From positions 248,001-312,000 of the forward strand of contig NW_025767237.1 of assembly GCF_003918875.1 (NCBI RefSeq): a DNA stretch of 64,000 nt, given 5' to 3'. Source of the stretch: Haliotis rubra. Taxonomy: Eukaryota. A program made the position numbers and the translations under genes. Each line of letters starts with the position of its first letter. Position 1 is the first letter of the stretch. Positions 1 through 12,419 of the stretch are shown piece by piece. The notes under the pieces were generated by a model, which ran no database searches, was not told the DNA's origin, and saw nothing but the letters and a program-made list of their open reading frames with translations.

Positions 1-362
1 ATTATTCAACTTCATTCAGGTATGGTTATATGACATGTATATATACTCAAGCTAAAACCTTAAGCAAACTCAAACAACAACAATACTTCGCCGCATGAAA
101 CTCTGGCACCCCTCAGGTCAAAGTTTCCAACTGGTGAATCAGCTACAAGGCATATAAACTGTGCATGAAGTGATCAGAACGTATATATCTGGGCTTTTTA
201 ATCATTTTAAGACTGGACTTTCAAAGTTAACTTAAGCTCACAGAGGGGTTATTAGAATGTCACACACAGATGTCTGATCAGAGGACAAACCTTTATGATG
301 AGTGCAGGACAATAACACTGTTCTGATGAATGAAGTTATTTGATGTGCTGCCCTTTAAACCT

Positions 363-459
363 GGGCCCACATGCACGAAGTGATCTTACCACTACAACCA
401 TCTTAAGTCTGCAGAGTATGATCAACGTAGCGCTAAGATCACTTTGTGTAAGTGGCTCC
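363..459. mobile_element. Degenerate palindromic MITE of similar style to 34985-35093
   Basis: GGGCCCAC...CACGAAGTGATCTTA pairs imperfectly with TAAGATCACTTTGTG...GTGGCTCC; CTG on both sides. Confidence 0.5.
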
Positions 460-2035
460 TGAAGACTACTTAACTAACAGTTGGACATGTTGTTTGTGAC
501 TGAATAAGATGCCACCTTCAACAGTATTTCAGTAACATAATGGTGCCGTGTGCGGAGGCACTAGAGTGGCATAGTCAGAGAAACCGACCACTTTGGTGAA
601 ACCTGGGGCAAATCCAGGATTCTCACCAACTCCTAGCTGCCATTACAACAGAAAGCATTTAATAAACAGGAACAGATGTTTTATGTACAAAATGTTTCCT
701 GTTAGTACTGAAACATATTGCAATGTAGCGAAGCAGTGGACGTTTCAATTCACCTGTCTATTGTCTAGTTAGGCCAATCAAACCTTTCGTAACACACATG
801 GCTTACTCTACTAAATTAAAGGCAGTTGTCAAGCACTCATTCCATGTGCTGTCACAAGGTTTACATGATTGTTTTCTTGCATATTTCTATTCATACTTCT
901 AAAACAGAAGTTTCTATACTTTTGGCTAGAGTAGAACAGGAATTCCAAAGGTCAGAATATGTCCAGTCTATCGGTATCACCCAACGGTTTCCTTTAAGCT
1001 TCATGATGTTTGATACTGAATAGGTACTCTCACTCCACAGAAACAATGTCTTACTTTCACACAAGGTACTACCTGCCGTGCAATGGTCAAGACTGTAGTG
1101 TAGCCTTTGTGTGGATACAATGCTAATGAGAGGGTCCATGATAATGTATAGCTGTAATGAGTATATTTCAGGACAGGCACTGAAGCTCACCTTGACATAA
1201 TTTCAACAGTAAAAATTATTTCAACAAAGACAATGACAGCAATGGTAATAAAATATTCTAAGAGCGAATGAACACAACCATTATCAGCTTCAATCTAGGA
1301 TTTGAGCCCATGATCACAGCAGGCTGTAGCCAGCGTTTAAAATTCCTGCCTGCCCAACCATCTGGAACGGTCTATTTTCATCTCAGACTGTCAAATTTCA
1401 AAAGTAGCCTGTCCGTTGGTTTGGTAGATGTTTTTACCCCTAAGAGTAAATATATTATAATATCAGACAGGTTCTCATGTCGTCAGTTTGAGGTGTTTAA
1501 TTATGTTAAACTATTTACGATTGGACAGTTCATTTTATAATAACCAATCATAACACATGTACTTTCAGTTTGCCTAAACTCGGTGCATTGCCTGTTAGTG
1601 CTATGTAGTTCATTGCGATGCCTACAAAGAGTAAAGTATTCAGAAACCCGATTTTTTACATCCGGACTGGTAATTTTTTAATGTTACCAGTCTGGCTGTA
1701 TAGCTTGGGATATTGGGAGTTTTAAACACTGCTGTAGCACCATATACAACCAACTATACCAAACCATCCAAGTAATCTCGAGCTTAACATTAGTTTATAT
1801 TTAGTATTCTGTACATACCTAACCATTGGGTCTATGTATTCACCCAGATTGTACTGTCAAACACCTATCTCCCTTCAAATATTGCACTACAGTACGTGAC
1901 TTGCAACAATTAGCAGTTGAATCAAACCTGTCACATGCTCCTCTGCATATAAGTCATTGATCAATGGGGAGCATCTCTCAACATTGTCACAGTAATCTCA
2001 GAGTGGTTTTCTTTGCTTTCACTGAACCAATTACT

Positions 2036-3056
2036 CTACCCCAAATCCCGCAAGTAATTTATCTCAAGGCTAAAGTCATAATCATATTTTGACCAATCTA
2101 TTGTGGCCGTCCCGAGCTGCTTGTCAAGCGAGTCCAGTCTCTGTAGTAATGAAAGGTGAGGAGCCAGTATGAAGGGAATGTCTGCTAGAGGCAACATATG
2201 GTTGTTGTTGGAAGACATAGCTAGGGGAGACAACTGCATGTTCATTCCTGCACCTGTTGTCATAGCAACATCGTAGCCAGGGGGTTGCTGAATTTGTGTC
2301 TGTAAAAAGAGAAGACATTTTCAACAGAACATAAATCCTCAGCAATAAGACTATACATTAATAATATAAAAATGAAAGCATGACAAGATAAGGAATGCAT
2401 TTCAAATTTCTTATCAGGGTACAACATAGTCTAATGATTTTATTGCAAGGGTTAATATGACAAGAACTTCTTGCTGACAAACTTTCTTGTTTACAACAAA
2501 AACATGTTGAACTGCACAGTGCTTATGTTGTTGCAGTGCATGTTGTTCTATCTTTTTTTAAAATGAACATTTGCTGAACACACATGAAATATTATCAGTA
2601 ACTTTGAAAGCAAAATGTAATTGTTCTCATTTCTCATATACATAATTGTAAACGATTAATCAATCACATACAGGTACTATGTATATAAATAAATGGTTTA
2701 GAGTTCATAATGAAACAAAATTCCTTACATTCTATAATTCTTTCAAAGAAATGGTTTTAAAAATATCCAGTATGTTTTACACCAAGAGGAAATTTCTGTC
2801 ATATTTATTTCTCAACCAGATGGAGCCTGTAACAACGTCCTACCTGTGAGTAGTTTGGAGGGGAATGTATTCTATGCTGATCAACATACTGTTGATGTGT
2901 GACTGTTGTACGATCACTAGCAGTTTCACCAATCAGCAGGAACCCATCTTCTTCACGATCGTCATGGTTACCAACAGGGGGATGACAGGTAACATCCTTA
3001 GCTTGGCGTTCGGGTAGCAGCTTCAATCTGCCGAACACTGAATGCAACATCGACAT
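2036..3056 (-). CDS. UMAD1: UBAP1-MVB12-associated (UMA) domain-containing protein 1; 2 coding exons (3056-2844, 2299-2036), about 158 aa
   Basis: Exon 1 reads MSMLHSVFGRLK...EEDGFLLIGETAS...PPNYSQ and ends at CAG|GTAGGA. The acceptor tttttacag at 2300 continues in frame to ...LADIPFILAPHL...YDYDFSLEINYL. These DGFVxLG, DVPFxLAPH and YDYDFxLE-type motifs are characteristic of UMAD1. An acceptor at about 3083 implies an upstream non-coding exon near 5795-5880. Confidence 0.85.
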
Positions 3057-4711
3057 CTCTGCTCACATCTAGCTCCACGTATCTGTAGCATGAGCAGAAT
3101 TTACTGTTAGGGGTGTCACTGAGTAGCAACATTTCAGTTATACCACACCATGCCAGGTGGGTCACGTCAATCTCACTAAAATGACATATTAGTTCTTGCT
3201 ACCCGAGTACTGTTAAACAAAGATCTGAGAACATCCCACAGCAGGTCATGTCCGAACAACCTTACATCTGACCAATCACATCATCGCTTGCCAGATCAGG
3301 AAGTTGACAGCCAGAATGTTTTTTCTTATCACACACCCTTGTAACACTTCAACACAGGATATTCCAAAAGACAGTTTGGCATTGTACAACTTATTCCATC
3401 AAATGCATTGTCTCCCTGTCACTTGAAGTGGATACACTATGGAAATGTTAAAAACTTTCTATAGCCTGTGGGAAGTACTGACACAATGCTTCTCATGACA
3501 TTTTTATCTGGGGGTCATGTGGACTGGAAGCATATGAAAATTACATAAATTAAAACAGAAATCTAAAAACAAGATCTTTCATATTTACAGAGGATAGATC
3601 CGATGGACACAGAGACCCTTAACCCTCAAAATTGTCAGTCCAGGCCATAATTTCCTGGCCTATATCTATCAACTACTATAGTAAAATTTGAGAAAGCTAT
3701 GTAGCAGAATGCAAATATTGTGTATTTTAAGCCTAAGGTATATAATTTAGTTAAGCAATATAACAACAACCCTTTAAATTATTACAGCACTCTACTAATC
3801 CCTAGGTTGTTATGTAAGCCTGCATGGGGTTCTATTTTTCTTCAGACTCCTGGTCCAGCCACGGATATGATAGGATATGATGGTTTTAGTCTAGTTAGTT
3901 TCATCATTTTAATCATATGTCTGAAATATATTATGTGTTGTAATATCATCTACATGATGATATGATGTAGATATTTAATATGTTTAATATCATGACACTG
4001 TTATGTATTATGATTATTACACGTTTGGTTAATGTAGACTATAGTGTATACATTGTAGATTAGGTACATATTATGGATGACATGAGAAAGAGTGCATGTG
4101 CGTGCGTGCGTGCGTGCATGTGTGTGTGGATTGTATTTAATTGTGTTATTTTATTATTAGGTCTTGGAAGCACTCATTTGCCACTGGTGGTTTAGAGTCA
4201 GACTGTGGACTGGATTAGGTTAGTATTTGTGCCCAAGGAGATGAGTTAGGTTCTTTATGTTACATTGATGTGTCAAGGAATTGCATGAGTTATATTCTTA
4301 ATGTTATGTTACATATCAGATTTTCATCTGTATGACTGTAATTTGTAAGATAGGCTTATATTTATACTTAGATTGAGTAACCCTTGTGGTGTACAGAAAA
4401 TATTAAATGTCATTTTATGTTAACTATGTATCAGATTTTCATCTGCATGACTGCTGTATACCAGTAATTTGAGATGTTTATGTTTTGTTTCAACTATGTA
4501 CTTGTTGCTGTATACCAGTAATTTGAGATGTTTATGTTTTGTTTCAAGGTTTTTATCACCTGATCCATCATCCAAGACAATAAATTCCTGAACCCTTTAC
4601 AAGTATTTGTCTGTGTTCAATCTTGACGTGACACCGCTGTTACAGCTACTTTCCAAATGCATATTGATAATAATTGATAATACTGACTTCCTGATAGTCA
4701 TTTCGTTGAGA

Positions 4712-4877
4712 TGAGTGAGCATGGTTTTACGCCGCTTTTAGCAATATTCCAGCAATATCCCGGTGGGGGCCACCAGAAATGGGCTTTACACATTGTGTCC
4801 ATGTGGGGAATCGAACCCGGATACTCTTCAGTGAGACGAGCAACCGCTTTAACCACTAGGCTACCCCACTGCCCCCA
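4712..4877 (-). mobile_element. SINE family B (short, tRNA-derived, (ACTC)n tail)
   Basis: A box GGTAGCCTAGTGG, B box GGTTCGATTCC, tail ATATTGCTGGAATATTGCTAAAAGCGGCGTAAAAC. Confidence 0.85.
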
Positions 4878-5049
4878 TTTTGATGTGAACAATAATCAGA
4901 TGTATCATTTGCTTCTTCAGAAAAGTGAACTTCAATTGATTTTAAGTAAAACTGATCTGGGAAGAAGCCAGAAGTGACGCATGTCATAGACAGAAGCATC
5001 ATCACAACAAATTGTGGATCCAAACCTACAACAGTATGTGTTATCTTTG

Positions 5050-5217
5050 ATTATTGTACCCTTACTGTGGCTTCTTATGCACCCTATATTATTGTACCCT
5101 TACTGTATGTGGCTTTACGCACCCTATATTATTGTACCCTTACTGTATGTGGCTTCTTATGCACCCTATATTATTGTACCCTTACTGGTATGTGGCTTCT
5201 TATGCACCCTATATTAT
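5050..5217. repeat. ~42-bp tandem repeat, about 4 copies
   Basis: Unit TTATTGTACCCTTACTGTATGTGGCTTCTTATGCACCCTATA. Confidence 0.9.
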
Positions 5218-5794
5218 TCAGTGCATAACATCTTCATTGTATTCAGATCACCATTTATCAAGTTCCTTTACTGGAAATGCTAAAAAGACAGAAGCTCTCT
5301 CTTCCCTGTTAATGATTGATATGAAAAGAAAAGAATTCTGTATAGTCAAACATGGCAAAAATCAACACCGTTTATTATTATAACATGAATTGCTGGCAGT
5401 GTTCTGTGTGTGTTACGTGTTACAATGTTTATAAATGTGAAATATAGTTTCGTTTCTAAGTCTGACATTACAATTTACATTACATTCAAACTTACATTCT
5501 GTTTCAAAGTAGATGGGCTGACAACGCAGATATGGTCTTCCTGCAAATATGTCTTAAACAGCTGCTAAGTGTTTGAAAACTGTCGGTCAGAATAAGAACC
5601 TGAATCATTCCGTATGCCTGATGACTGGAAATCCACAACACAAGGGCGATGACAGGTACTTGTATATACTAGTATCCATGAAACAGATTCGACACTAATT
5701 TCGAATACATATCCGTTTAACTGAACATTCATTATATAACGGTGTATGTTACAAAAAATATAATGGATATGTATCAATCTGTTTCCTTTTTACC

Positions 5795-5957
5795 GAGTAA
5801 CGAAGAACGAAATTCATTGGCAAACATTTATTTATATATGAAAAGAATCATGAGACATTGTTTTTGGAATATGTTATGCTGGAGCCGGAAGTGAAGTCAG
5901 CTTCCGCTGAAGAAATTCCCGCGAAGTTTGCAGATAGTGCTGATAGAGAGATCAAAC
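5795..5957. promoter_or_regulatory. Probable bidirectional promoter shared by UMAD1 and RPA3
   Basis: ETS/GABP-type CCGGAAGTG at 5885-5893 plus a reverse CTTCCG. A candidate minus-strand donor TCG|GTAAAA lies at about 5794 and the RPA3 ATG is at 5958. Confidence 0.6.
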
Positions 5958-7776
5958 ATGGACAACGATTTTTCTCGCCCAAGAGTGAATTCATCTATCT
6001 TGTCGTCTTTTAAAGGAAGACAGGTGTGCGCCTTAGGAATGGCAAAAAATGTAAGTAGCCTGCAATATATTGAATAACAAGTTGTGGATGAAAATGTTTA
6101 GTCAGCATTGGCCTTTGGCAGTCGCCAGTGAAGTGTTGTATCAAAGACGTATATATGTCTTTGGTTCTATTATTTATCAGCACCATTATCATTATCAGGT
6201 CGAGGATGACTGTGGATCTAGGTAAATGGTACATGTGTATTGCGCTCTCATTTTACCTCAATAAGCGTTCAACAGTTTACCGTGAGCACCTAATTGCGTT
6301 GATAGTAACAGGTTCACTCTGCCGACTGTAGCTCCCTTTACTGATCGGAATGACTTCCATCCATATCCCCACTTAAATTTCATTCCAGTCAAATCAGATC
6401 TTTTGGATCCCATTTACAGTCAAGAAACACTTTACGCTCATTATGGTGATGTAGCCCATTCGGATCCCACACCCCTCTACCTATCTCTCCCCAACCGCGT
6501 CATACCAAAAGACGTTAAAATATGGTACTTGTTGGTCCCTGCCTGGCGTTCGGCATTAATGGGTACAACAAGGACTGGTCGGCTCGGGAGTCAGTATAAT
6601 GTGTTTGAGTGGAGTATTCATGCTTCACTGCGGCGTGGTATCTCAGTGGGCTAGCACTATAAAACCAGCTTAAGTCTGGGCTAGTACAAGCAGCTGCACA
6701 TACACACGCATGCGCGTCGTCATATGAGCGAAATATTCTCAAGCACGACGTTAAACCCAATATCGCCTCACCTCACCTCTACCTATCTTATGGCACCACT
6801 GGCACTGAATGCATAGTTATTCCATGTTAAATGTGACTCATATTCACACTTGATAATCACAGTTTGTTCCAATGTTGCAGGTTGACAGCAACGGCCTTGC
6901 CCTGACACTGGCTACTGGAGATGGAAAAGAAATGAAAGTCACCATGCAGGAACCAGTAAGTCCACATGAACTCTAGTGATCTGGGTGCCTACATCAGCTA
7001 AATTAAAACTATTTGTTTAACGAGGCAGCCAAGTAGTCTATGGTGCCACAAATTGCTGTGCATTGTTGTGGCCCATAGGTATGGCAGAATCCTGGGTTCA
7101 AATTCCAGATTATAGTCTTTGGTTATCTTGAACATTGAAAAATTTGACATGCTGTGATGTAATTGTAGCACTGGTCATTCACTCACTCAGCAACATTTGC
7201 CCATGCTGACTTTGGCAAATGTTCGTGTTTCAGCTGACTGAGTATGTGGCAGGTTTGACAGAAATCCATGGCAGAGTTGACGACCGAGGTGCTGGTATCG
7301 TGTGTGACCACTATGTCCTGTTTCCTGAACAAGCATCAAATACTTTTGGTAAGTCAGCTACTGTCTTAACCTAACTTACACTCATATACACCCCTAGTGT
7401 GAAATGCACAATATGTATGTTGCAATCAGAATGTTGGTTGCAATTCAAACAAAATTGGATTGGTTCATATAAGAATATATTTACTGTGGAAAATGCTCAT
7501 TAATCAAATAGCAAAAGGCAAATACAAACAAAAAGGATGAACATAGCTGGCATTCAAGAAGCCTAGCATCTTTTGTTTAACCAGAAGTTGACGCAGTGTT
7601 GTCATATATTCTGTAGGCTGAACATTACACTATGCAGACTTCTGTCCCCCTGTTAATCCCAGATTTGACATCTGACCACTTTATTTCCTTCCCAACTAGA
7701 TATGCAGATGTACAACCAGGCAGTGGAGCTGATGACCCGTCTCCCTGACCACTATCAGGTTGGGGTCAAGCAGTGA
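5958..7776 (+). CDS. RPA3: Replication protein A 14 kDa subunit; 4 exons (5958-6050, 6881-6955, 7234-7348, 7700-7776), 119 aa
   Basis: GT-AG spliced ORF: MDNDFSRPRVNSSILSSFKGRQVCALGMAKN|VDSNGLALTLATGDGKEMKVTMQEP|LTEYVAGLTEIHGRVDDRGAGIVCDHYVLFPEQASNTF|DMQMYNQAVELMTRLPDHYQVGVKQ*. It has the RPA14 hallmarks RxN, xxGRxVCxxG, EIxGRV and FDxxxYNxAV. It is absent from the ORF track because the exons are short. Confidence 0.93.
6487..6775 (+). mobile_element. SINE family A (Meta/MESC-type central domain), 5'-truncated, in RPA3 intron 1
   Basis: GTCATACCAAAAGACGTTAAAATATGGTACTTGTTGG...GACTGGTCGGCTCG...GACGTTAAACCCAA. Target-site duplication CCTCTACCTATCT. Homologous to the copies at 11740 and 47565. 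Confidence 0.8.
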
Positions 7777-9727
7777 TGGACGCAGGAGCAGAGGCTGTGT
7801 TGTGTAGATATGGACAAATGTGTTTGTATGGAGTGTCAAGCGCTCGCTGACCCAATCCTGACATGTTCCTAGGAGAGAGGACACGCATACGGGCATCTCA
7901 GGTCGTCGAGTTAAGGGTATGCTGCTGATGTGTATCGTTACTGGACGGTGTTTGAGTTGATTATCGTATGCCGGTAAACACCAGTATCAGACTCAGCCCC
8001 AGATACGATGTTATAATTTCTTTTCAGTTTAGATCCAGTCTGATACATTTTTATTATCTGACCAAGGAATGTGTGTGCAAACCATCTGTGGCTGGCAGTT
8101 GTTTCTTTCCAATATTTTCAAAACCAGAGTAATCGGATGAATTGTCAAAGCGATGTAGATAACGTGAACAATGATTAAAATGTATATGCAATATCATTTG
8201 TGTTCTTGTGGGGTCATTTTGACAATAAGCAATGTTTGCAAGACAATGTTGTTGGAAGTTCCCTTTGAAAATATGTGGACTGCATTGATAAACTCTCCAT
8301 CATTATTCCATTAAGTCAACGACCAGGTGATTAGATACACTAGTGTGGTGTGAATTATTCTTGCTTTATATCTCAGCTGTTACTAGAGAGAACAGTCCTT
8401 TAGAGAGGCACATCATGTGTATTCTACTGTAGTGCGACACACCTCAGCTGTGAGACATATCTTTATCGTATGCATCACCCGATACTGTAGATCCACATCC
8501 CACTGCAACAAGAACACAACCCACAGGGATACACTAGACCGTTTATTATATACATTATACATAACAAGCTTTGGGTTTCATATATTCACAATAATTGCAC
8601 TGTCTAGATGCACACAAACACTCATCCATAACAATCATATATGGAAGATGAGAGGCAGTATAGAGTGAGTGGGGTTCGATACCCCTTTCAACCTCATTGG
8701 TTAGACAATCACACAAATTATTGAAACGATACATGGATTTAAATGTATGAGTTGTCGATCCTGTCGCGAGTAAAGAACGCAACTCTGCTCAGCAATTTCG
8801 GGAGTAATATAGACTTAGTCTGTGCAGCCAGTGGTTTGAAGCTGTGATCCTCAAGACATGGAGTAATGGCCCAGTGGAAAACCATATATCATTGGTTGTT
8901 GCTGTGAGATACTGAACAACATTTGTACCAAGCATTGGTAACTTTGTAATCAACTTGACAATTGTTAGTTGTTTAAGACTGCACCCAGCAATATTTCAGC
9001 TGTATGACATTGGTCGGTCAATAATGGAGTTAGGACCAGAAAATCCAGTGATTGACATGAGCATGAAACTGAGATACAAAATCATCACACATCAGCAAAC
9101 CTGACCACCCGATTCCATTAGTCACCCCTAACAACAAGCAACCACATATTCAAGTAAAGTGGAACTCTTATGTTATATTTATACGGTTTCCCTTCTCAAA
9201 TCTAACTGATGTAATCAATAAGTGAGAACACGTATTGCTTGTTGACCCAGGTCAGTTTAACACTGGTACGTGGAACATTTGATGTTTGTAATCTCACTGA
9301 ACTCCAATGTTACTTGATCCTACAGACCTGAGGACATCTCACTACAGGTCATGTCATAACAACCTTAACAAACCAACATTACTAACTAATGGTCAATCCT
9401 AACCATCATAAAGCAGCTTTTTAGAGCAACTTTATTCCAGAATGCACTTTGAAAGTATTTGGACAGTTCCTGGTTAATAAATTGAAAACAGAGTAATAGA
9501 AATATCTAGAATGTGTAAAAGATGGCAGAACTTTCCAAATGCTGTAGAAAGTTTCCTACATTTTAAACGTTCCCTGAAGTGAGACACAGATGATGATTAT
9601 GTGAGAATCAGCTATATCGCCCATCACTGTTGTCTGGAATACCCCTTTTCAAGGTTGTATCAAAATAAAACAAATCTGCTTCCATGTTCCTGATAAGTTA
9701 AGCAAAGCTCTGATTGGCTGGATGGAA

Positions 9728-9998
9728 GGCTGTTCTGACATGACCTGTGAAGGCATATGACACGTATTGTCATACTGGCTATTGACACTTCCTGGAGGAT
9801 GCTGTTCTGACATTACCTGTGAAGGCATATGACACGTATTGTCATACTGGCTATTGACACTTCCTGGAGGATGCTGTTCTGACATGACCTGTGAAGGCAT
9901 ATGACACGTATTGTCATACTGGCTATTGACACTTCCTGGAGGATGCTGTTCTGATATGACATGTATTGTCATACTGGCCATTGACACTTCCTGGAGGA
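9728..9998. repeat. 72-bp tandem repeat, about 3.5 copies
   Basis: Unit GCTGTTCTGACATGACCTGTGAAGGCATATGACACGTATTGTCATACTGGCTATTGACACTTCCTGGAGGAT. Confidence 0.9.
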
Positions 9999-10645
9999 CA
10001 ATGACGATATATCCCTAATGTCAACAACTGAACTGCTTGAAACGTAGTTTAAAAAAGAAGAAGACATCCTCAAATGGCATTTTGAAGTGATATACATTCC
10101 TGTACACAGCTCCAAGTCTGACAGAACTTCGAACACACATTTAGTCACAGGAAGATGACCATGGGGTCTTGTCCAAACTAGAAAGAAGCTGGCTGATTCC
10201 TTCAGCATAATAATTTCATTTATAATGAAGAAGTATCTCAAACCAATTGCTCACAAAAATCAGTTGTATTGTCATGGTAATTTGTTGTTATCTGTTTGTG
10301 GATATATTTTAGTGATGTCTGTATTCCATGTTACATGATACATTTATGAATGTCTCTCTCATGATGTAAGACAAATTGCCTTTGGTACAATAAAGTATTA
10401 TCAAATCCTCAAACATATTTCAATATTCAAACGTGCAGCCAAAGGGAGAGAACTCCCAGAGAATACCTCCATCAATAGGGGAGGGTCTTTTCTCTATATT
10501 TAGTCATTATGGATTATATTATTCCTCACATAAGACATTATTTTCAGAAAATAACTAGTTCAACTTTATTATGTTTATGGTTATTGATAGCCATAATCAA
10601 AACAAAACAATTAGTTTAAGTCTCTCATCGATGATGAAATGTTAA

Positions 10646-12260
10646 AGGTCACATGCAACGTAAAACACAACTTTGCAGATTCTGATACCTCTCGGTATGG
10701 ACTTAGATACAAATCATCAAAAATGCAAATTCAACTTATGAAGTTGAAAAATAACGCGATGGAAAACCTCTGCGAAATCAGAGTTCAAACGACTCACTAA
10801 ATTCACCCCAGCGCTTGGGGTGAAAAGTGGCTTCAACAGCTGTGCTGGGCTGCGCTCATAGCGCATGTGCAGTGAAATAGGTTCGCGCAGCTTGGAAGTG
10901 GGATGTCCGGATTATAAGGTCGAGAGCAGGAGTAGTCTAATCAAAACAAAATAGTAAATAATCTACTCATCACATAAAAGAACCTTGTTAGGATCTAGAT
11001 CTACTCAGCTATGTGTCAACCAGTGAGGCGTTCGACATTTCAAGACGGAAAACCTTCGCTGGCGGTGAATACTCGGTGAAGGCTTTGATGTGACCTATTT
11101 TTCTAATGTTTTGTTGATATTTCACAAGCATGAGCTTTTTATATGTTATGACAGTAGATTACCGATTTAACTGTTTATATGATTTCATTTGTCTATTTCA
11201 CCACATTGTCTTCTTACCGGGTCACTTTCTCAGTTCGATACTTAAAAGTAATGACATTATTTAGTGTTGACAGAATTTCTAACTGTGACATAGATATGTC
11301 ATTGTCACAGACAAAACTCAATGTCTGTTTTGTTGACACCTATGTGTCTGACTGCCTGTCTGCTAATGACATTATTCAATACACAACTTCGATCACCGAC
11401 CACATGCAATTTGAACTTAACACCTATCAGGCTATACACCATAAACAAAATGCATTGATTTATGGCCGAGTTCGGTCTCTGTCACATTATGTAATTACAC
11501 AGACAGGCAGGCAGGTGTGATACTTGTACACATGACATGTTATGATGTCTGTTGATTGCAAAATGTTAAACACAAAAAAATGAGCATGTATTTACAAAAC
11601 CCAACATTATACACACACACAATGAGCCGTGAGGGCATCGGCAAATGAACCGGCCAATGAAAGCCTTCGTTACACTTGAGTGCACACCCACCTGCTTTGA
11701 CTGGGTTCGGTATCCCGGGTGCTTAGTTTCGAGGGAAGTGGTGGTGGTGGTGGTGGAATTGGGTTTAACGTCGTGCTGGAGAATATTTCGCTCATATGAC
11801 GACGTGCATGCGTGTGTATGTGCGGTTGCTTGTACTAGCCAAGACTGAAGCTGGTTTTTAATAGTGCTAGCCCACTGAGATACCATGCCGCAGTGAAGCA
11901 TGAATACCCCACTCAGACACATTATACTGACTCGAGCCGACCAGTCCTTGTTGTACCCATTAATGCCGAGCGCCAGGCAGGGACCAACAAGTACCATATT
12001 TTAAGATCTTTTGGTATGACGCGGTCGGTGATCGAACCCGCAACCTTCCACACTCCAGGCGGACGCTCTAACCACTACACCAAGGAGGCGGTCTTCGAGG
12101 AAAGTAAACCCAAGTACAAAATATTGCACTTTTGATTTGCAATTGTACGCTTATAATTTTGTTTATTTGTTTTTTTCATAATCAGCAATGCATATTTTAG
12201 GTCATGAATAAGTGATAATTGTGTTTTAATTATGTTTGATTTTTTGGTTCCATGTGACCT
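10646..12260. mobile_element. Non-autonomous Kolobok-like DNA transposon (1.6 kb) containing a SINE
   Basis: TIRs AGGTCACATG(C/G)AAC at both ends, flanked by TTAA (10642-10645 and 12261-12264). No transposase ORF. Confidence 0.75.
11740..12093 (-). mobile_element. SINE family A, full length, nested in the Kolobok-like element
   Basis: tRNA head with A box TGGTGTAGTGG and B box GGTTCGATCAC. (CCA)n tail. 12-bp TSD TTCGAGG(G/A)AAGT. Confidence 0.85.
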
Positions 12261-12419
12261 TTAAATTTCAGTATATATGAATGATTCCTTTTCTGTAAAT
12301 CACAATTAACATTTCAAAAGTTTCAGATAAAGTATCAAGTAGTTTAAATAAATAAAAAGAATAAATCTTCTTATTTTAACTGGGAGTTATGAAGTTTTCT
12401 GCAATAATATCATTTCATG

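Noticed and set aside
891-1190. 99-aa minus-strand ORF
   Set aside because: No recognisable motif or splice context; may be UMAD1 3'UTR or intergenic sequence.
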